64,000 nucleotides of DNA. Source: Lytechinus pictus (lineage: Eukaryota). The notes below the pieces were generated by a model. That model made no database searches, was not told where the DNA came from, and saw only the letters and a program-made list of their open reading frames with translations. The translations under genes and the position numbers were made by a program. Positions 1 through 11,897 of this stretch are shown here, piece by piece. Each line of letters starts with the position of its first letter. Positions within the stretch are counted from its first letter, which is position 1. The stretch spans positions 10,914,001 through 10,978,000 of the forward strand of contig NC_087250.1 in the NCBI RefSeq assembly GCF_037042905.1. Reading direction: 5' to 3'.

Positions 1-730
1 ATTTATTTTATTTTCTGAGATATGAGAGGATTTTCACGGCGATGCCATACATATTTTTGTATAAAATGCACAAATCCCATTAGATACAATTCAATGCGCG
101 CGGTCAGCCAAACTGTCGTATCGGCCATCTGCACTGTATTGACTTTGCACGTGAAAAGTGATACGACGTTTTGACAGACCGCGCGCATTGAAATCGCGGT
201 CAGGGTTGTTGTATTCCCTATGGCCTTTTGTACAGGGGAAATCTAAACCGCTCAAACCGATAATACAAGCATGTAGCTCTTTTGCGATATTTTCTCTGAT
301 CCTTGCTTTTATGTAAAAATAAGGATACCATTGTCAAGCAATTGTCTTGGTCTTTCTAACCATGCATTTTTCTAGCAATGAATATGTTGTAAGGCTGGGG
401 AACTAAGTGTGAAAATTATAGTAAACTTTGAAGTCGATTTTCTCTGAAATGGGTTTGCACCGTCGTATGTGTGATACGACGGTTCGGAAGACCGCCGACG
501 AATTGTCTGCTCCCGCTCCCTTTATATTCTCTGCATGTTATCGGGAGAGCCAAATAATTCCCGGTAACTAAATTTAGAATCAGTGGCGTTGCTAGGATTT
601 CATTTAAGGGGGTGATGGTGAGCACGCGAATCGTCCATCGGGGACTGAGTTTTCATGAGGGAGTCGCCCTCCGGAGGAGTGGTCCTAAAACACATTTTGT
701 ATAGTTTTTTTTGGTGTGTTATCGTGATAT

Positions 731-756
731 CAGCAGCAGCAGCAGCAGTAGAAGTC

Positions 757-788
<32 letters not shown>

Positions 789-910
789 CGGAGTCGTAGT
801 CATCGTAGTTGTTGTAGTAGTTGTAGTAGTCGTAGTAGTAGTAGTAGTGTAGTAGTGATAAACCTGATATTTGTTTCTATTGTCGTTATTATTCACCATT
901 ATTATCGTTA
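731..910. repeat. Compound trinucleotide microsatellite (GCA)n-(GTA)n decaying into (TTA/TCA)n
   Basis: Directly visible: cagcagcagcagcagcagta...gtagtagtagta; it explains the poly-T/V/S ORFs at 600-983. Confidence 0.95.
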
Positions 911-2131
911 TCATCATACGATTATTGATATTTTTATCAATATTATTAATGTAGAGGAAGCGTGAAAGAGGAAGGACATGCATTTGATAGATAGGAAAGA
1001 GGAATAGAGAAATGCAGATGAAGAAAAAAAAATGTAGATGAGGTAAATAATAATAATAGCCGTAAAATGGTAGGAAAATAAATTAATAGAAGCACCGAGT
1101 TCACCTAGAGCATATAGGAAAGACGTAGATAAAAATCATGAAGAAAAAAGAAGCGAAATTATTTAGGAATAAGATGCTAACATAATTAAAGATAACAGAG
1201 AAGGAGAGAGAGAGAGGGGGGGTCAAAACTCAACCCCCACCCTGAAAAAGTTATAGGAGAACGTGAATGCTCGGCTGGAGGATCAGGCGTAGCATCTCGC
1301 CGCGAACTGTGGGTGCAACATTTGCACTCTTGCTCTTGGAATACTTTAAAACGTTTTTTACGTATGTGAGAACATATACCAATATCAATCTTAGAGTGCA
1401 GACAATTTAAACTAATTTCAAGAGAATGGATCGTTCAATTTAGACAATTTTATGATATTACATTGAAAATATGTATTTTGAGGAGAGATGCTTGGACTGC
1501 GGAACTCGACGGAGTTAATCGCCGCAACCCTGGTAGGGTCAGGCTGCCAAGCCCGCTGAGCGCTGTTGCAAGCTGAACTCGAAGCTGGGTGTGCAAACGT
1601 GGCGCAAAAGTAGAAAAACACAGTTGTTTAGAAATAGATCATCAATTGCCTACCGGATATTTAGTGTCTGAAAACAGGACACACGAAATGTAATGGAAAC
1701 ACTGTTTAACAAGCAGTAACTTGCCGTTTACCAGCCCTGCTGAATCAATGAAACATGAATGTTGATGCGGCTTCATTCATTTTTGCTAAGCTTAGATGAC
1801 GTCATCATGTACGAATTAGCGCTCGTTCGAGCACTATGACATCGTACCAGTGGCGTACCTGATATATTACGTCAGGGGGGGGGGGGGGCAAGCGGCAAGG
1901 ATGAGCACGGTGGGGGGGGGGTAGAAGGCATGGACGTATAGGCACAATTTCTTCGAGCGAGCGAACATTTTTTTCAATTATTATTTAGCCTTTTTACATG
2001 ATGTGAAAGTGCAGAAATTATACATTCGATCATAAAATTACCAATACACGAGGATATTTGGGCGCCTCGCAGTCCTCGTTGCCCTGCATTTTACAGTCCA
2101 CCCCCACCCATACACGTTTGGATGTGTAGGT

Positions 2132-2380
2132 CAATTTTCAATTTAAATTTATTTTATTTCATTTTCAACAGAACAAAGTAAAGTGGTCGAAATAATTACA
2201 ATAAACTTATACAGACAAAATAAATTGAGGCATGTGCAATATATGATATTTATCTATAAGTACAAGTAAAACAAAACAGAATATTACATATAAGCAAAAT
2301 ATCATAAACATTATAAAATAAAATTTAAAAAAATGGAGGATCCACTAAAAACAATGCTTGTATTGTGTGAACCCCTCTGA
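2132..2380 (-). mobile_element. Probable 3' end of a LINE (3' UTR only), nested in the hAT-like element
   Basis: Minus strand ends with AATAAA and a degenerate (ATTGA)-like tail; imperfect stem-loop gaggatccac...gtgaacccctc at ~2336-2378. No coding remnant seen. Confidence 0.35.
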
Positions 2381-3280
2381 ATAATTATTTTAGATTAATA
2401 AAGTGGCACTGAAGGTGGGAAAGGTTACCCAGGGGGTGCCCAATAAAACAGTTGGGATCTTGCTACTACTGATATTTGCTATCGGGCGATTGCACTTTAT
2501 TGTCAAAATGAATTCTTTTTTGGTATATCATTCCAGAAATGAAATGTATTTTATCGTGATCGATATATTTTTATCCGGGATTTATATTCAAGTGGTAATT
2601 GCAATGTATATATTAAAACAATTATTTTATTCCACTTTGAATGTGTTACATTATGTTCCCAATTCTGCTCATTTGGAGACGTTTTATAAAATAGTTATTT
2701 GACATTGAAATCAGTTATATTCATGTATTGATTTGCATTTGTTTTATTTCCATATACACAGTTAAAAACAAAACAAAAATGCATCCATTCACTCATAAAA
2801 AATAAATATGAACATGAAAATATATGCGACAGTAACATGATATATCACTAGATATGGGGAAAATCACTCACTCACTGGTAGGAATGTCAGAAGGTTGGGG
2901 GAAATTGAAATTTGAAAAAAGATAAAGGTGGACGAAGGGATCGGGTACATAGGATAGAAAGGGGGTGGTAACAACAAGAGGAATGTGTAAGCCCTTGCTT
3001 ACACATTCCTCTGGTTATATGGATATAATTCCCGAAACTTAGACATAGCTAGACCTTTTCGAGTGGGGGGGGGGGTGGAGGACCTTGATTACCGACAGAT
3101 ATCAGCACCGATTACTGACGACCAAAACTCATCTATATCCAACCCAGGTGCAGATCCAGGATTTTCAAGGGGGACATTTTTGTTTACTAAAATTTTGACA
3201 AGCCCCACCCCCAAAAAAGTCTTCACTTTCACTGACACGTGCCTAACAATTTACGCTACAATAAAATAAAAATAATAATT

Positions 3281-4201
3281 GCGAGCGTGAAGCGCGAGCT
3301 GAATTTTTTTTGAAAATCTAAACCTAAAACGATACATTTTGTGCACTTAATCATGAATAGGATGGGTATTTTCCTTAATAAATTATGCGAGCGCGAAGCG
3401 CGAGCTCAAAATTTTGATATTTGTAACAGGACCCTAGACATTCTAAACAGTTTACAGGATGGATATCTAAACGGTCGTGCGGGCGCGAAGCGCGAGCTAA
3501 AATTTTTGATATTCCGACTTAAGAACTGGATATTCTAAGCACTTTTAGTAACCATGAACCAATTGGTTTCTAACTGAAAACTTAATTGATGCGAGCGCGA
3601 AGAGCGAGCTGAAAATTTGAGATATTCCCCCCTGAAACGTGGACATTCTAAGCACCTTTTTTTTAACTATGAACAACATGGTAGTTAAAAACAATTAATT
3701 GGTGTGAGCGCGAAACGCGAGCTGAAAAATGTTGATATTTCGACATGAAAACTTTACATCACTTCATTTAATTATGAACAAAATGGAATTTTATGCGAGT
3801 GCGAAGCTCGAGCTGAAATTTTTGATATTCCAACCTAAGAACTTAATATTCTAAGCAATTTCTGTAACCGTGAACAAATTGGTTTTTATGATGTATTTTT
3901 GATATTTTTTATTTTTTATATTTCGACCTGGAAACCGGACATTCTAAGCACTTAATTTAACTATGAACAGGATGGTTATACCTAAACAGTTATATGAGAG
4001 CACGAAGCGCGAGCTGAAATATTCCGGCCTAAGAACTGGATACATAAGCACTTTTTGTAACTGTGAACAAATTGCATTCTAACTAATCAATTGACGCAAG
4101 CGCGAAGTGCGAGCTAAAAATTTTGGATATTTCAACCTGAAAACTAGACATTTATCTTAGGTATCCAACTAAAAAGTTGATGCGAGCACGTAGCGCGAGC
4201 G
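3281..4201. repeat. Degenerate ~85-112 bp tandem repeat (~9 copies) with conserved GCGAGCGCGAAGCGCGAGC core
   Basis: Core seen at ~3281, 3387, 3479, 3591, 3704, 3795, 3996, 4096 and 4182, mostly followed by ...ttgatatt...gacattctaagcac...atgaaca. Confidence 0.85.
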
Positions 4202-5059
4202 ATTTTTTTATTGTTATGATTATATTACCTAAAAATTGTTATCTACATTTTTCCTGTCCTTGGTCAGCCCAGTCCGTCCTCACTATCGGTACAGAGAGCT
4301 CTAAAAGTCGCATTGCGTAAAAATCACAATTTACCGATAAAAGTGTACAGTTTAATTGACATTTACCGACAAAGATGATGGAAGTAAAAAACCGAATCAG
4401 TTGGAACAGCACCGTGTGCCCGACAGTTATCATTTTTTTCCGAAAGTCTGCAGTCCAGTTTTTGTTTTCCCTTTCTCTTAAACTCTTTCTTCTTTTGCCC
4501 CTTCCCCTTTTTTCTCTCTCTCCTTTTTTCCTCTTTTCTAAACCCTTTTTCGCTTTTTTTTTGCTTGTGACTCGTCAGGGGGGGGGGGGGGGCAGTCTGC
4601 CCCCCTTAGGTACGCTAGTGCATCGTACGTCAAAACCCTCAAATGCAAGTTACAGATTTGGGCAGTGAATGAGAAGGCTCGTCACAGATTACTTCGCGCA
4701 TGCGCATAGCTCCCAAAATCCCTTAATCCCGTACGTCCACATGGCTAGTCACAGAAAACGAAAGGTCTCTAGTGAATCTTATTATTCATCGTGTTTTAAC
4801 ATCAATTTCATCATCGCCAGCATTGTGGACATTAATTTGAGGAACCTTTGTCAGCCAACTTGGATGTATATATCATTTGGAAAAGCTCAGAAGCGACTCC
4901 TTAAGATATGTAGGATGTATTATCCTGTTTTGTTTATTTTGTGTAAATAAAAAACAAAAATAATTTAATAAGTTGTCTTTGTTGTTTGTTCGGTATTCAA
5001 TATCATAACATTCCTTATTTTTACAGATTTGACCAACTTGATTGAAACACATAGTAAAC

Positions 5060-5280
5060 AATGTTAATTCAAAATGTTCATGGGGGAATTGTTTTACTTC
5101 GCAATGAGGAGAAAACTATAATATTTCATATAATAAATTACAAAAGAAATAGTCAGTGGATGACGTCATCAATCTCCTCATATCCATACAACCGTTTCGT
5201 GAAATTAAGCAAAACTTTAAATGTCAAAACTTTCTTATTTTATTTTAATGACTTTTTGCTGGGGTGGACTTGTCCTTTAT
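5060..5280. mobile_element. Probable terminal fragment of a TTAA-type (Kolobok/piggyBac-like) MITE
   Basis: Ends ...ggggtggacttgtcctttat, the same terminal style (..CCT+TTAA) as the complete MITE at 16245-16723; internal TGACGTCA; no partner end found. Confidence 0.35.
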
Positions 5281-5428
5281 AATAAAGAAGATTCTGCTAG
5301 GATCGAAAGCTTAGGCCCCTTTTTGACTTTCTAATTTACTCCATTGGCTCTCTTTTATTAGATAAGCAGTTTTTAGCAGCTTCTTTTTGCCTTTATAATA
5401 AAATGTAAAAACATAAAAAATAACGTAC

Positions 5429-5474
5429 CTGAGCTTCCTGCAACATCTTGTTCTTCTTTACTCCTTTTAAATTT
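5429..5474 (-). CDS. Putative exon 4 of Roc-like GTPase gene (KFKRSKEEQDVAGSS)
   Basis: Strong acceptor (ttttctcctcttttggccag) and donor (cag|gtacgt); 46 nt; phase-0 start matches the phase-0 end of exon 10020-10090; open frame. Confidence 0.55.
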
Positions 5475-6908
5475 CTGGCCAAAAGAGGAGAAAAACAAAT
5501 ATACAAAATTAATGATGGATAACAAGAAACTTAATATTCATTAGTAGTCCAGGAAAAATAACTGATTTTGGGGGTGAACCGCAAACTAATTGAAATATAT
5601 ATATATATATATATTTGTTTTGCCGCAATGCATTTTCATGAAGTCCCGAAAATGACACACTAAAAGTCCAGAAAATCGCAGTAGTGGAAAGACGTCTAAT
5701 TTGCATAAATTCAAAATGGCTGCCATAATAAGAATTTTACTTATTTATTGGTAGTAGTACAAAAACTGATCTGACCATAGCACTTTAAAAAAATCATGAT
5801 TACAGCATTGAACTTTCACCAGTGTTATATCTTGCTATAGGCTTCATTTTGAAATAAGGAAGTAAGGTGAAGTTTTAAGGTTAGGATGTTAGGCAGACTT
5901 AACCTCCGGAGGTCGATTACCTTAAGGTTAACGAACTTGAAATATCAGAAAATATGTCCATCAGTAGTTCATAAATATGGTTATGATGACAAGAAAAGTA
6001 TTTTGACTTTTAAGGTATCCTGGTATTCTAGAGATAATTTTGTGCTTTATAAGCTTTGACCTTTGACCCTGGAGAAATGCCAAAGGTCATTGACCTTAAA
6101 AAAATCAGAATATTGACACTCAGCTTCACTGGTTAATGATAAACAGGCCTCTCGTGTAAAAATTGCAATACAATCGTTCAGCACAATGTATTTTCATGAT
6201 GTCCCCAAAATGACATATTAAAAGACAAGAAAATGCAAGATGATGGAAGACGTCTAATTTGCATAAATACAAAAGGGCTGCTATCGTATTAGAGGCTTAC
6301 ATGATTATTGGTGATATATACTATAAAGACTGGTCTAATCATAACAGTTTCATAAATTAAAGCCTTAAACAGTCACCAGTGTTTTCCTGTCATAAACTTC
6401 ATTTTAGAATTAAGATATAAGGCAAATTTGACCTCTGCTGACCAGAAAAATCAAAGAGGTTGAAAGACGTCTAACTTTCATGAAAATGTTCAGGATTTTT
6501 AGTTTTTAGAACAAAGACTGATCTGACCATAGCACTTTAAATAATTAATATTTAAAACAATTAAAGCATTAAACTTTCACCAGTGTTATATCTTACCATA
6601 GGCTTCATATTAAAGTTAAGATGTTAGTCAGACTTTACCTCTGCTGACCTCTACAGCCAATAACCTTAAGGTCAACGACCTCTAAAACATAGTATTGATG
6701 ATTTGCGTCGATAGATCCTGATTGGCATGTCCATATTGTGAGGATATTTTTATATAATTTTTTATAATCGCTGAATATTCCATAGATAATTGCTCAATAT
6801 TACAGGCTTTGATTTTTGAAAATAGTGGAACTTGGAATCACTGGTAAATGATAAACTGATCGATATTTTGAGTTTAACCCTTCACTTTTCTCAGCAGTCA
6901 AATGTTGA

Positions 6909-7200
6909 GATAATGATTATGATAATGGTTGCTACTTGTATAGCGCACAGGTCCACCTTTCATGACGCTTTAAAAAGGCACTTCTATTATTATTACCCTG
7001 GCTAAGCTAGGCAACCAATTATGGCGCAACAGCATTTTAATGAATTACTTCCTGCCAGTACCCATTTACATCACCTGGGTCGAGTGCAGCACACAGTGAT
7101 GAATTCCTTGCTGAAAGAAATTACGTCACGTCTGGTATTTGAACCCACGACCCTCTGTTCAAAAGTCCGGAGACTAATCCTCTGGGCCACAACGCTCCAC
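6909..7200 (-). mobile_element. tRNA-derived SINE
   Basis: Minus strand starts gtggagcgttgTGGCCCAGAGGattagtctccggacttttgaacagagggtcgtgGGTTCAAATACC (Pol III A and B boxes, tRNA-like head) and ends gcgctatacaag...cattatcataatcattat (L2-like tail). Confidence 0.85.
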
Positions 7201-7689
7201 AGTAAATATTTGGGTAAAGTTCTGCGATCTTCACCCAAATGATATTTTGTTGAAAATTAACAAAATTGTATCATTAGTATACAATAGCCTTGTTTTTATT
7301 AAACAGTGGTGCGAAGTATCAGTATTCTTTTATCTTGATGTCAATGACCTTCGAAAACCCTCACATGTCAAAACCTGTAATACCAATACTATATTGATTA
7401 TTCAGAGTAACTAAAAGGTTATTGTGTGTGTCTATCAACTACATGTAAAAATTAATATCATATATTTGGTTAAAACTTGGTTATTACACAACCTTTGTTT
7501 TTGCAGTCATCCGGTCTTTTTTTGGCTAGTAAATGGTTTAGTGAGGTTAAGGCATTGGGGAGGTGTGAAATAAAATGCCTTAATCAGAATTTTTGCTGTC
7601 ATCATCTATGTTAACCCCCACTTTGAGAGACTTTCATGTTTTCCTTTGTAGATTGTAAACTAGTGTAGTTGCTCATAAGAAGGGAGATG

Positions 7690-8775
7690 CAGCTTACCAT
7701 GATGCTGCTTGACACTGCACATCTCTCCCATAACTGACATTTAGTCATACATAGTGACTCTGCCAGAAAGTGTACAGAATGTAAAATATGTTTACTAGAT
7801 TTTGTTTTCAAATGGTATATTTTCATAGATTTGATAGAGGCTATATCTTCATTTTGCTGAGAGATCAGTGGTACCACTTGCTGGTCTGCGTATATCAGGT
7901 GGGCAATACCTGACAGGACATACAGACTATTCACATTTGTTGGTCTTAGATTGCTTGTGATAGTCCTACAACTATTGTACAGAGATGGGCCATGTTTCTT
8001 TGACTGGGGGATTTTCCAAAACAGGGCATGCATACTCTTTTTATAGCAGAGTAACAAAGAACAAAAGTTTTTGCCCAAAGTGTTGGTGCACTGGCTCCCC
8101 AGGAGGAGTTCGTCGATTCCGGAGGTTATTATGGATCCTCACTTTCACTTTAATTCTTAATGTGTTGCGTAAATGACAATGGCTGATCAATAGTAACACC
8201 AAGATAAATTTCATGGTCACAGTGATCGAAGGATATGCCATTTCATGTTTTGAGTTTCCTCAGAGAATGAGAAATGCGGGAATGAAAGAAAATAACCTTC
8301 CTTGGTCTTGGTGGAGAAAACCGGAACAAGAACACAACATTGAGAGATTCAATTTTTTGAATTCTCCACCTGCTGTTCTATGTGTACTTGAGCTCCATAA
8401 AGAAATATTTGTTTTCTAGTAGAAGTCTGATGAGTTTGGCCAGATGAATGTTTTCAACGTTTTATACAGTTATGAGTAGACCACGGTGTCCGATGCATCT
8501 TTCAAGTCAACGAAATCATCTTAACTCGTTGGTTAGTTACTTTCTTAACCATCTGCAGTGAACTGAGTTAGGTTGAGAATCTAGCCTGTAAATTATTTCC
8601 CAAGGCAAAAACTAGCGTGTTTAGGAATAGGATGTTGTTCTGTAATGGGACCATCTTTTGTTCCGGATTATGCTCAAGTAGCTTGTAGAGATGTCAGACT
8701 CGGGATGTACGCATGTACATTTCAGACACATTGGGATCTTTCCTGGGTTGGACGATAGCAATTACTCTAGCCTTC
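7690..8775 (-). pseudogene. Decayed LINE reverse transcriptase fragment, Ingi/Vingi-like
   Basis: Frameshifted minus-strand translation gives ARVIAIVQPRKDP, ILNLTQF, FVDLKDASDTV, SRWRIQK, LCYSA..EYACPV and NSCRTITSNLRPTNVNSLYVLSGIA. These resemble RT and post-RT motifs of Ingi/Vingi-type LINEs. Many stops; catalytic YADD region apparently deleted. Confidence 0.75.
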
Positions 8776-10019
8776 CTTTATCATTATCATAAATCGGTGA
8801 TACTAAAAGTCAATATTCTAAAATGTTAAGGTCATTGACCTTTGTCATCTTTCCAGGGTCAAATTTCAAAACATATAATACACAAAAATTATTTCTAGAA
8901 TATAAAGGTGCCTTAAAATCAATATTGAATCAATATTTTGCAACAAAACCATGTTATTCATGAACTAAAGATGCAAAAACAGCAATATTTTTTATATTAG
9001 GAGGTCGTTGACCTTAAGGTCATTGACCTCTATAGAGTCAGTAGAGGTCAAATAAGACTTAAATCCTAATTTCAAAATGAAGCCTATTGTTAGATATAAC
9101 ACTGGTGAAAGAGTAATTAATGTTTTAAGTGCTATGATGAGAGGATTGTTTATACAAACTACTAGCAATAAACATTAAAAAATATCACGATGACAGCCAT
9201 TTTGGATTTAAGCAAATTGGACATCTATCCACTATATGGATTTGTTGGACTTTTAGAGTGTCATTTTGGGGACTTCATGGAAATCCAATGCGGTGGAAAG
9301 AAATTTATTGCAATTTGTTTGCGGTCAAACCTTATGTTTTCTGGAGCGTACGAACATCTCCACCTATCCATTATAGTACGTGATTTTAAATTGGTTTGGC
9401 CAAAATAATAGATCTGGGCGAACCTTTTTTTATTAAAATGCTTGTTGATGATTTATTATGTCTTCTTTCATTAGGCATATCAATACAGGCTTGATTATAG
9501 ATGATGTGCACCCATTCTATTTTTAGATAAAATGATGCTGATCGATGTGTAGAACTACCACGTTTGGTTTGCTGGTCTAATCAGAATTTACATAATCGAC
9601 CACTACACATCTATTTGTCTTCGCCTAAGTTGTTAAAAACAAGATTATGAAAACAGGACCGTTCTATAAATTTCACAGGACGTGTCTAGTAACAATACAA
9701 GTTTTATACCAAGATAGGTGATGTTTAATATGCCAATTTTATGTAGTAATCCACATTGTAAGATTATAGGTGTTTTCACGACTCTGATGCAAGAACTATT
9801 CTGTTTGTAAGGGATAAACTAGTTCCAACAGCGTATACTAGCAAGCATTTTTTTTAATTTGGTCAATAGTCCAGCATCTAGCCACTTAAATATTTTCTCT
9901 AAACAAATTACTTAAAATTAAGCAATAGAGAAGAGATACAAAGTGTTGGCCAGAAAAATAATTGGATACAATTCGGTTAGATTTGTAAGGCTTATATTAT
10001 AAATTGATGAGATGCTTAC

Positions 10020-10090
10020 ATGTAGGTCTCTAACCTTTTCCATGGTTCGTTGTTTGCATGATGCTAAGCTTTCTGCTACTTCATCTCTGG
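10020..10090 (-). CDS. Exon 3 of Roc-like GTPase gene ((A)RDEVAESLASCKQRTMEKVRDLH)
   Basis: Acceptor gttatttgcag|, donor cat|gtaagc; 71 nt; phase 1 to phase 0, in frame with exon 10731-10828. Confidence 0.7.
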
Positions 10091-10730
10091 CTGCAAATAA
10101 CGACAACGATATGTAAGATAAGGTAGAGTGTAATCATTTTCCATATGCAATAAATGAAAATTCGCATCTTTGCATGGTATTTTGAATATAGAATAACATA
10201 ATGAGACACAAATACATACATAACAGGGGCAACTGAACAAAGGGGCTGGGGGCTTAAGTCCCCATAAAAAAACTATACAGATATATGGGGATTTCGGATG
10301 TGTGTAATCAAAAATATGAGATTGTGTACAAGATGTACACGATCAATAGCTGAGGTACCTGACTGTACATGGTAATCATACAAGTTTCTGACATGATTTA
10401 AGTCTAAGTGAAGACAATATGCCAATGGATAATATGCGAATCTGCTTCTACTTCACCAAAATATGTTTTAACCAGGTTATCAAGAAATAGTAATCGTATT
10501 GATTCTCCCTGGAAGCATAATCATAACTTTTTTGACAGTATTCAAAGCAATGATAACGACTTATAACCGTTTTTAACCGTTGATAATAAAAACCACCAGT
10601 TTACGGATTTTTTTTCTGTGTGTGTGTGTTTTTTTTGGACGTGCATGATCTCCAACTTAACAGTGAAACCTTTGGGAGAAAAATAAACAAAAAATATCAA
10701 TGAAAAAATAAAGCAGTTAAAATTTCTCAC

Positions 10731-10828
10731 CATCTTTCTCATTGCCAACTATTTTCCAGCTACTAACTGCGCTCTTAGAAACAGTGTTCTGCTCCGTACC
10801 CTTGGTACTATTTTCGGCTGGATTGAAA
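10731..10828 (-). CDS. Exon 2 of Roc-like GTPase gene ((D)FNPAENSTKGTEQNTVSKSAVSSWKIVGNEKD; switch I/G2)
   Basis: Acceptor ttttcattaaag|, donor atg|gtgaga; 98 nt; phase 2 to phase 1; supplies the F......ST.G motif expected after a Roc P-loop. Confidence 0.8.
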
Positions 10829-11380
10829 CTTTAATGAAAATTATAAACATACGATTTGAGCATTAATTAGGCTATTTAAATTGGTGTGTAATTGAAAATG
10901 TCAAATATCATTTAAATGTCAAATATCTGGAAAAGGTACTTGACAAAACGTTTTTGCCAGGATCAAATAATGTCAAAACCTATCATGAAATAGGAATTTT
11001 CATAATTAAACTGAATTACGAGTGTGTGCGCGTGTCTATTTATTTGTTGTATTTTTAAACATGATCCATAATTTCTCTGGCTAATCCCGTGCTCCCCATT
11101 CATTATTTAAAATGATAAAATATCGAAAAATCGAGAAAAAAAAATGTTTGAAAAAATGGAACCCATGCCCTTCATTTTCAAATACGTTTCCTGCGCTATG
11201 TTGGCAAACAAATTCATTTTTTTGCGTATCACTGTGTTAAAGCATATAGTTATGATTATCCCATGGTTAACTATGATATCATTCACGTATATCAACCTAT
11301 ACATGTATATATTAAACGAACATGCAGTTAATAGTATGATTAGGACAAGGCACCCGGATTGTAAAAAAGTATTTACTTAC

Positions 11381-11498
11381 TCCTGTCCCGTGAGTCGACG
11401 GATAAGGCTTGTCTTGCCAACCCCAGCTGGACCAATGACCATTATTCGAGATCTGTTACAAGGGGTCTTCCCGGTCATCAAAGTTTGTTTAGTTTCAT
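11381..11498 (-). CDS. P-loop exon of Roc-like (ROCO-family) GTPase gene (ETKQTLMTGKTPCNRSRIMVIGPAGVGKTSLIRRLTGQ)
   Basis: Acceptor cattttctag|, donor gga|gtaagt; 118 nt; phase 1 to phase 2; Walker A GxxxxGKT preceded by a hydrophobic strand RIMVIG. Confidence 0.85.
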
Positions 11499-11897
11499 CT
11501 AGAAAATGATGGTGTATATGGAGGTGGGAGTATAAACTGATTATGCGTTAACATTGAAGCTAAAAAGTGTGATCTTAATAATTAAACGTTGAGAAATGGA
11601 AAAAAAATCATCAATCGTATCACATAATCCCATGGAAACAGATAGCAAGAAGTGGGGGAAAGGACACATATGGTTGTCTGTCGGTATGTTAGGTGCGGAG
11701 TGTACCATCTTTTTGTCAAAGCGGTGCGTCAATGAAGTACTTTGAGATTCAATGATATATTTTACTGTGTTTAGTTTTGATGACGTCCTCTAATTTCAAA
11801 AGAAGACGAGGAGAGCGAAGCCACGTCAACTGGTAGATACGTAAAATTGTTCTGGTTTCTCTCAAAGCGCAAAGAGGTTGTGAGCGTCTTAAACATC

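Larger units (their letters stand above)
1848..4620. mobile_element. Non-autonomous hAT-like DNA transposon (~2.77 kb) with 8-bp TSD
   Basis: Left end CAGTGGCGTACCT (1848) and right end AGGTACGCTAGTG (ends 4620; reverse complement CACTAGCGTACCT, 11/13 match). Identical flanking 8-mer CATCGTAC at 1840-1847 and 4621-4628. No transposase ORF. Confidence 0.85.
5573..9331. mobile_element. Old foldback/long-TIR element with ~550-bp diverged inverted arms (~5573-6142 vs ~8785-9331); left arm tandemly re-duplicated to ~6860
   Basis: gaaccgcaaactaattg...catgaagtcccgaaaatgacac...aaaatggctgccat (5577-5726) is the reverse complement of atgacagccatttt...gtgtcattttggggacttcatgg...caatttgtttgcggtcaaacc (9190-9331). 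Direct re-copies of the unit start at ~6181 and ~6463. Confidence 0.7.

Noticed and set aside
581..700. hAT-like left end CAGTGGCGTTGCTAGG
   Set aside because: No matching right end or TSD was found, so the extent cannot be defined.
600..983. Thr/Val/Ser-rich ORFs on both strands
   Set aside because: These are by-products of the (GTA)n microsatellite.
7125..7200. tRNA gene on the minus strand
   Set aside because: The tRNA-like head lacks a clean acceptor stem and continues into a SINE body and tail; called as a SINE.
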